Assembly: GCA_038040415.1 (NCBI GenBank)
Contig: JBBPIK010000006.1
Span: 8,763 to 72,762, forward strand
Length of the DNA stretch: 64,000 bases
Direction: 5' to 3'
DNA from: Actinomycetota bacterium
GTDB taxonomy: Bacteria > Actinomycetota > Thermoleophilia > Solirubrobacterales > 70-9
In this document: one piece after another, positions 63,151 to 64,000 of the stretch
Layout: every line of letters begins with the position of its first letter
Position numbering within the stretch: position 1 is the stretch's first letter
Translations under genes and position numbers: made by a program
The notes under the pieces: generated by a model
What the model saw: the letters and a program-made list of their open reading frames with translations, nothing else
What the model was told of the DNA's origin: nothing
Database searches by the model: none

Positions 63151-63417
63151 ATGGCAACTACAACTACCAGCGACCGCGGCGTCAACCTACGCGCCGCGCG
63201 TGAGCAAGCGGGTCTTACCCGAGTGCAGCTCGCCAACCTGATCGGCTGCTCCCTTGCGCAACTCGCGAATATCGAGCAGGGCGCCGTCCCGAAACGAAGC
63301 GAGGTACTCCAGGCTGCTCTCGAGGCGCTCGGCGAGCACGTAGAAGACGACGACCCGGCCGTCACCCCGGGTCGCGTCGAAGAATCGGGGAGGACGCCCC
63401 GACATGGCCAAGAGTAG
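63151..63417 (+). CDS. XRE-family helix-turn-helix regulator
   Basis: LRAAREQAGLTRVQLANLIGCSLAQLANIEQG is a Cro/CI-type HTH. The start is ATG 63151 or 63139, and the gene is divergent from and abuts the 62538 gene. Confidence 0.6.
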   Translation: MATTTTSDRGVNLRAAREQAGLTRVQLANLIGCSLAQLANIEQGAVPKRSEVLQAALEALGEHVEDDDPAVTPGRVEESGRTPRHGQE

Positions 63418-63601
63418 CCCCGCGGCCCGACAGGGCGCTCTGGCCGCCCAGCTTCCTGTTGACCCGCACCAACTGGCTTCGCTGCTTGCCCATGAGCGCG
63501 CTGCCGTGTATGCGGAGCTCGAGCTCAACCCGCTGCATCGTGCCGCTGCCGAGGAGGCCGTCCGCGAGGTAATCGCCGGCCGCCATGGGGGGGCCGCATG
63601 A
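63404..63601 (+). CDS. hypothetical small protein
   Basis: This 65-aa ORF overlaps both neighbours (an ATGA junction at 63598). Confidence 0.3.
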   Translation: MAKSSPAARQGALAAQLPVDPHQLASLLAHERAAVYAELELNPLHRAAAEEAVREVIAGRHGGAA

Positions 63602-64000
63602 GCGGCCCTGATGCCCACGAGACCACCAATCTGCTGCGCAGGGTCGGCGACCAAGTGGGGGACAAGCGACTCGGGGACCGGGGTCTGCTGATCGAGCTGG
63701 AGGAGGACGAAGCTAAACGCTCAGAGCTTCAAGCCGAGGCGATTGAGTTGCTCTGCCGGCGTCTCGATCGCAACGGCGCAAGGCCGCAGGAGCAACAGCC
63801 TGCTTGGACTCAGCGCAAGCCGCTCGAGCTGAAGATGGGGGAGGAGCCCGAGACTCCCGATCTCCTGGCGCCAGGGCTAGAGCGGGGAACCGTCGTTGCG
63901 CTGTGCGCCGATACGGGGGGTGCCAAGTCCTTCACCGCCCAAGATCTCGTCGTCGCCGTGGCGGAGAGCCGCGATACATGGCTCGGAAAGAAACTCGACG
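63598..64000 (+). CDS. partial ORF, possible RecA-like/AAA_25-type ATPase (runs off the window)
   Basis: Hand translation gives MSGPDAHETTNLLRRVG...PDLLAPGLERGTVVALCADTGGAKSFTAQDLVVAVAES. The P-loop-like GGAKS is degenerate. The ORF is not in the supplied track because it is open-ended. Confidence 0.35.
   Translation, partial: MSGPDAHETTNLLRRVGDQVGDKRLGDRGLLIELEEDEAKRSELQAEAIELLCRRLDRNGARPQEQQPAWTQRKPLELKMGEEPETPDLLAPGLERGTVVALCADTGGAKSFTAQDLVVAVAESRDTWLGKKLD

Overview
This is a high-GC (roughly 70% by eye) chromosomal segment of actinobacterial type. My guess is Thermoleophilia or Rubrobacteria-like Actinomycetota, but that is inference only. ORF calls needed heavy pruning because long GC-driven antisense and read-through ORFs are everywhere.

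Content by region:
- 1.5-17.1 kb: a complete NDH-1 (nuoA-N) operon with ATGA/GTGA-coupled genes. nuoE and nuoF form one ORF, and a foreign NTF2/SnoaL-like gene sits between nuoI and nuoJ.
- 17-35 kb: housekeeping and accessory genes. These include an LLM-SCP2 oxidoreductase, an AEC transporter, a ThyX-like protein, a cupredoxin, DJ-1, a YbaK-like protein, def, a CBS protein, an SDR, an acyl-CoA carboxylase alpha subunit and purA.
- 35-40 kb: the conserved rpsF-ssb-rpsR-rplI-dnaB block, with a DnaC/DnaI-like ATPase coupled to dnaB.
- 41-47.5 kb: an IMPase-treT-otsA trehalose cluster, then a response regulator, histidine kinase and HtrA envelope-stress-type module.
- 47.5-58 kb: thiL and cell-envelope genes (class A PBP, DUF2029 membrane protein, MscS, CPBP protease, L,D-transpeptidase), then pyrE.
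- 58-64 kb: a lower-GC accessory region. It holds a duplicated pyrE 3' end, a tandem SnoaL-like array, tRNA 3'-end remnants, a DUF433/DUF5615 toxin-antitoxin-like pair, a divergent XRE switch and a truncated ATPase gene.

The most unusual signal is a modular, hairpin-rich repeat family, called PR1 here. It has five copies in the window, and three of them sit at nuo gene junctions. At least two copies (the NuoF and NuoJ tails) can only be read as translated sequence, because no stop codon precedes them.

Two other recurrent signals are a second family of stop-codon-proximal hairpins (TH2) and a 12-mer, GCGAGATACTGG, found immediately upstream of four start codons. No rRNA, intact tRNA, CRISPR array or IS transposase was found.
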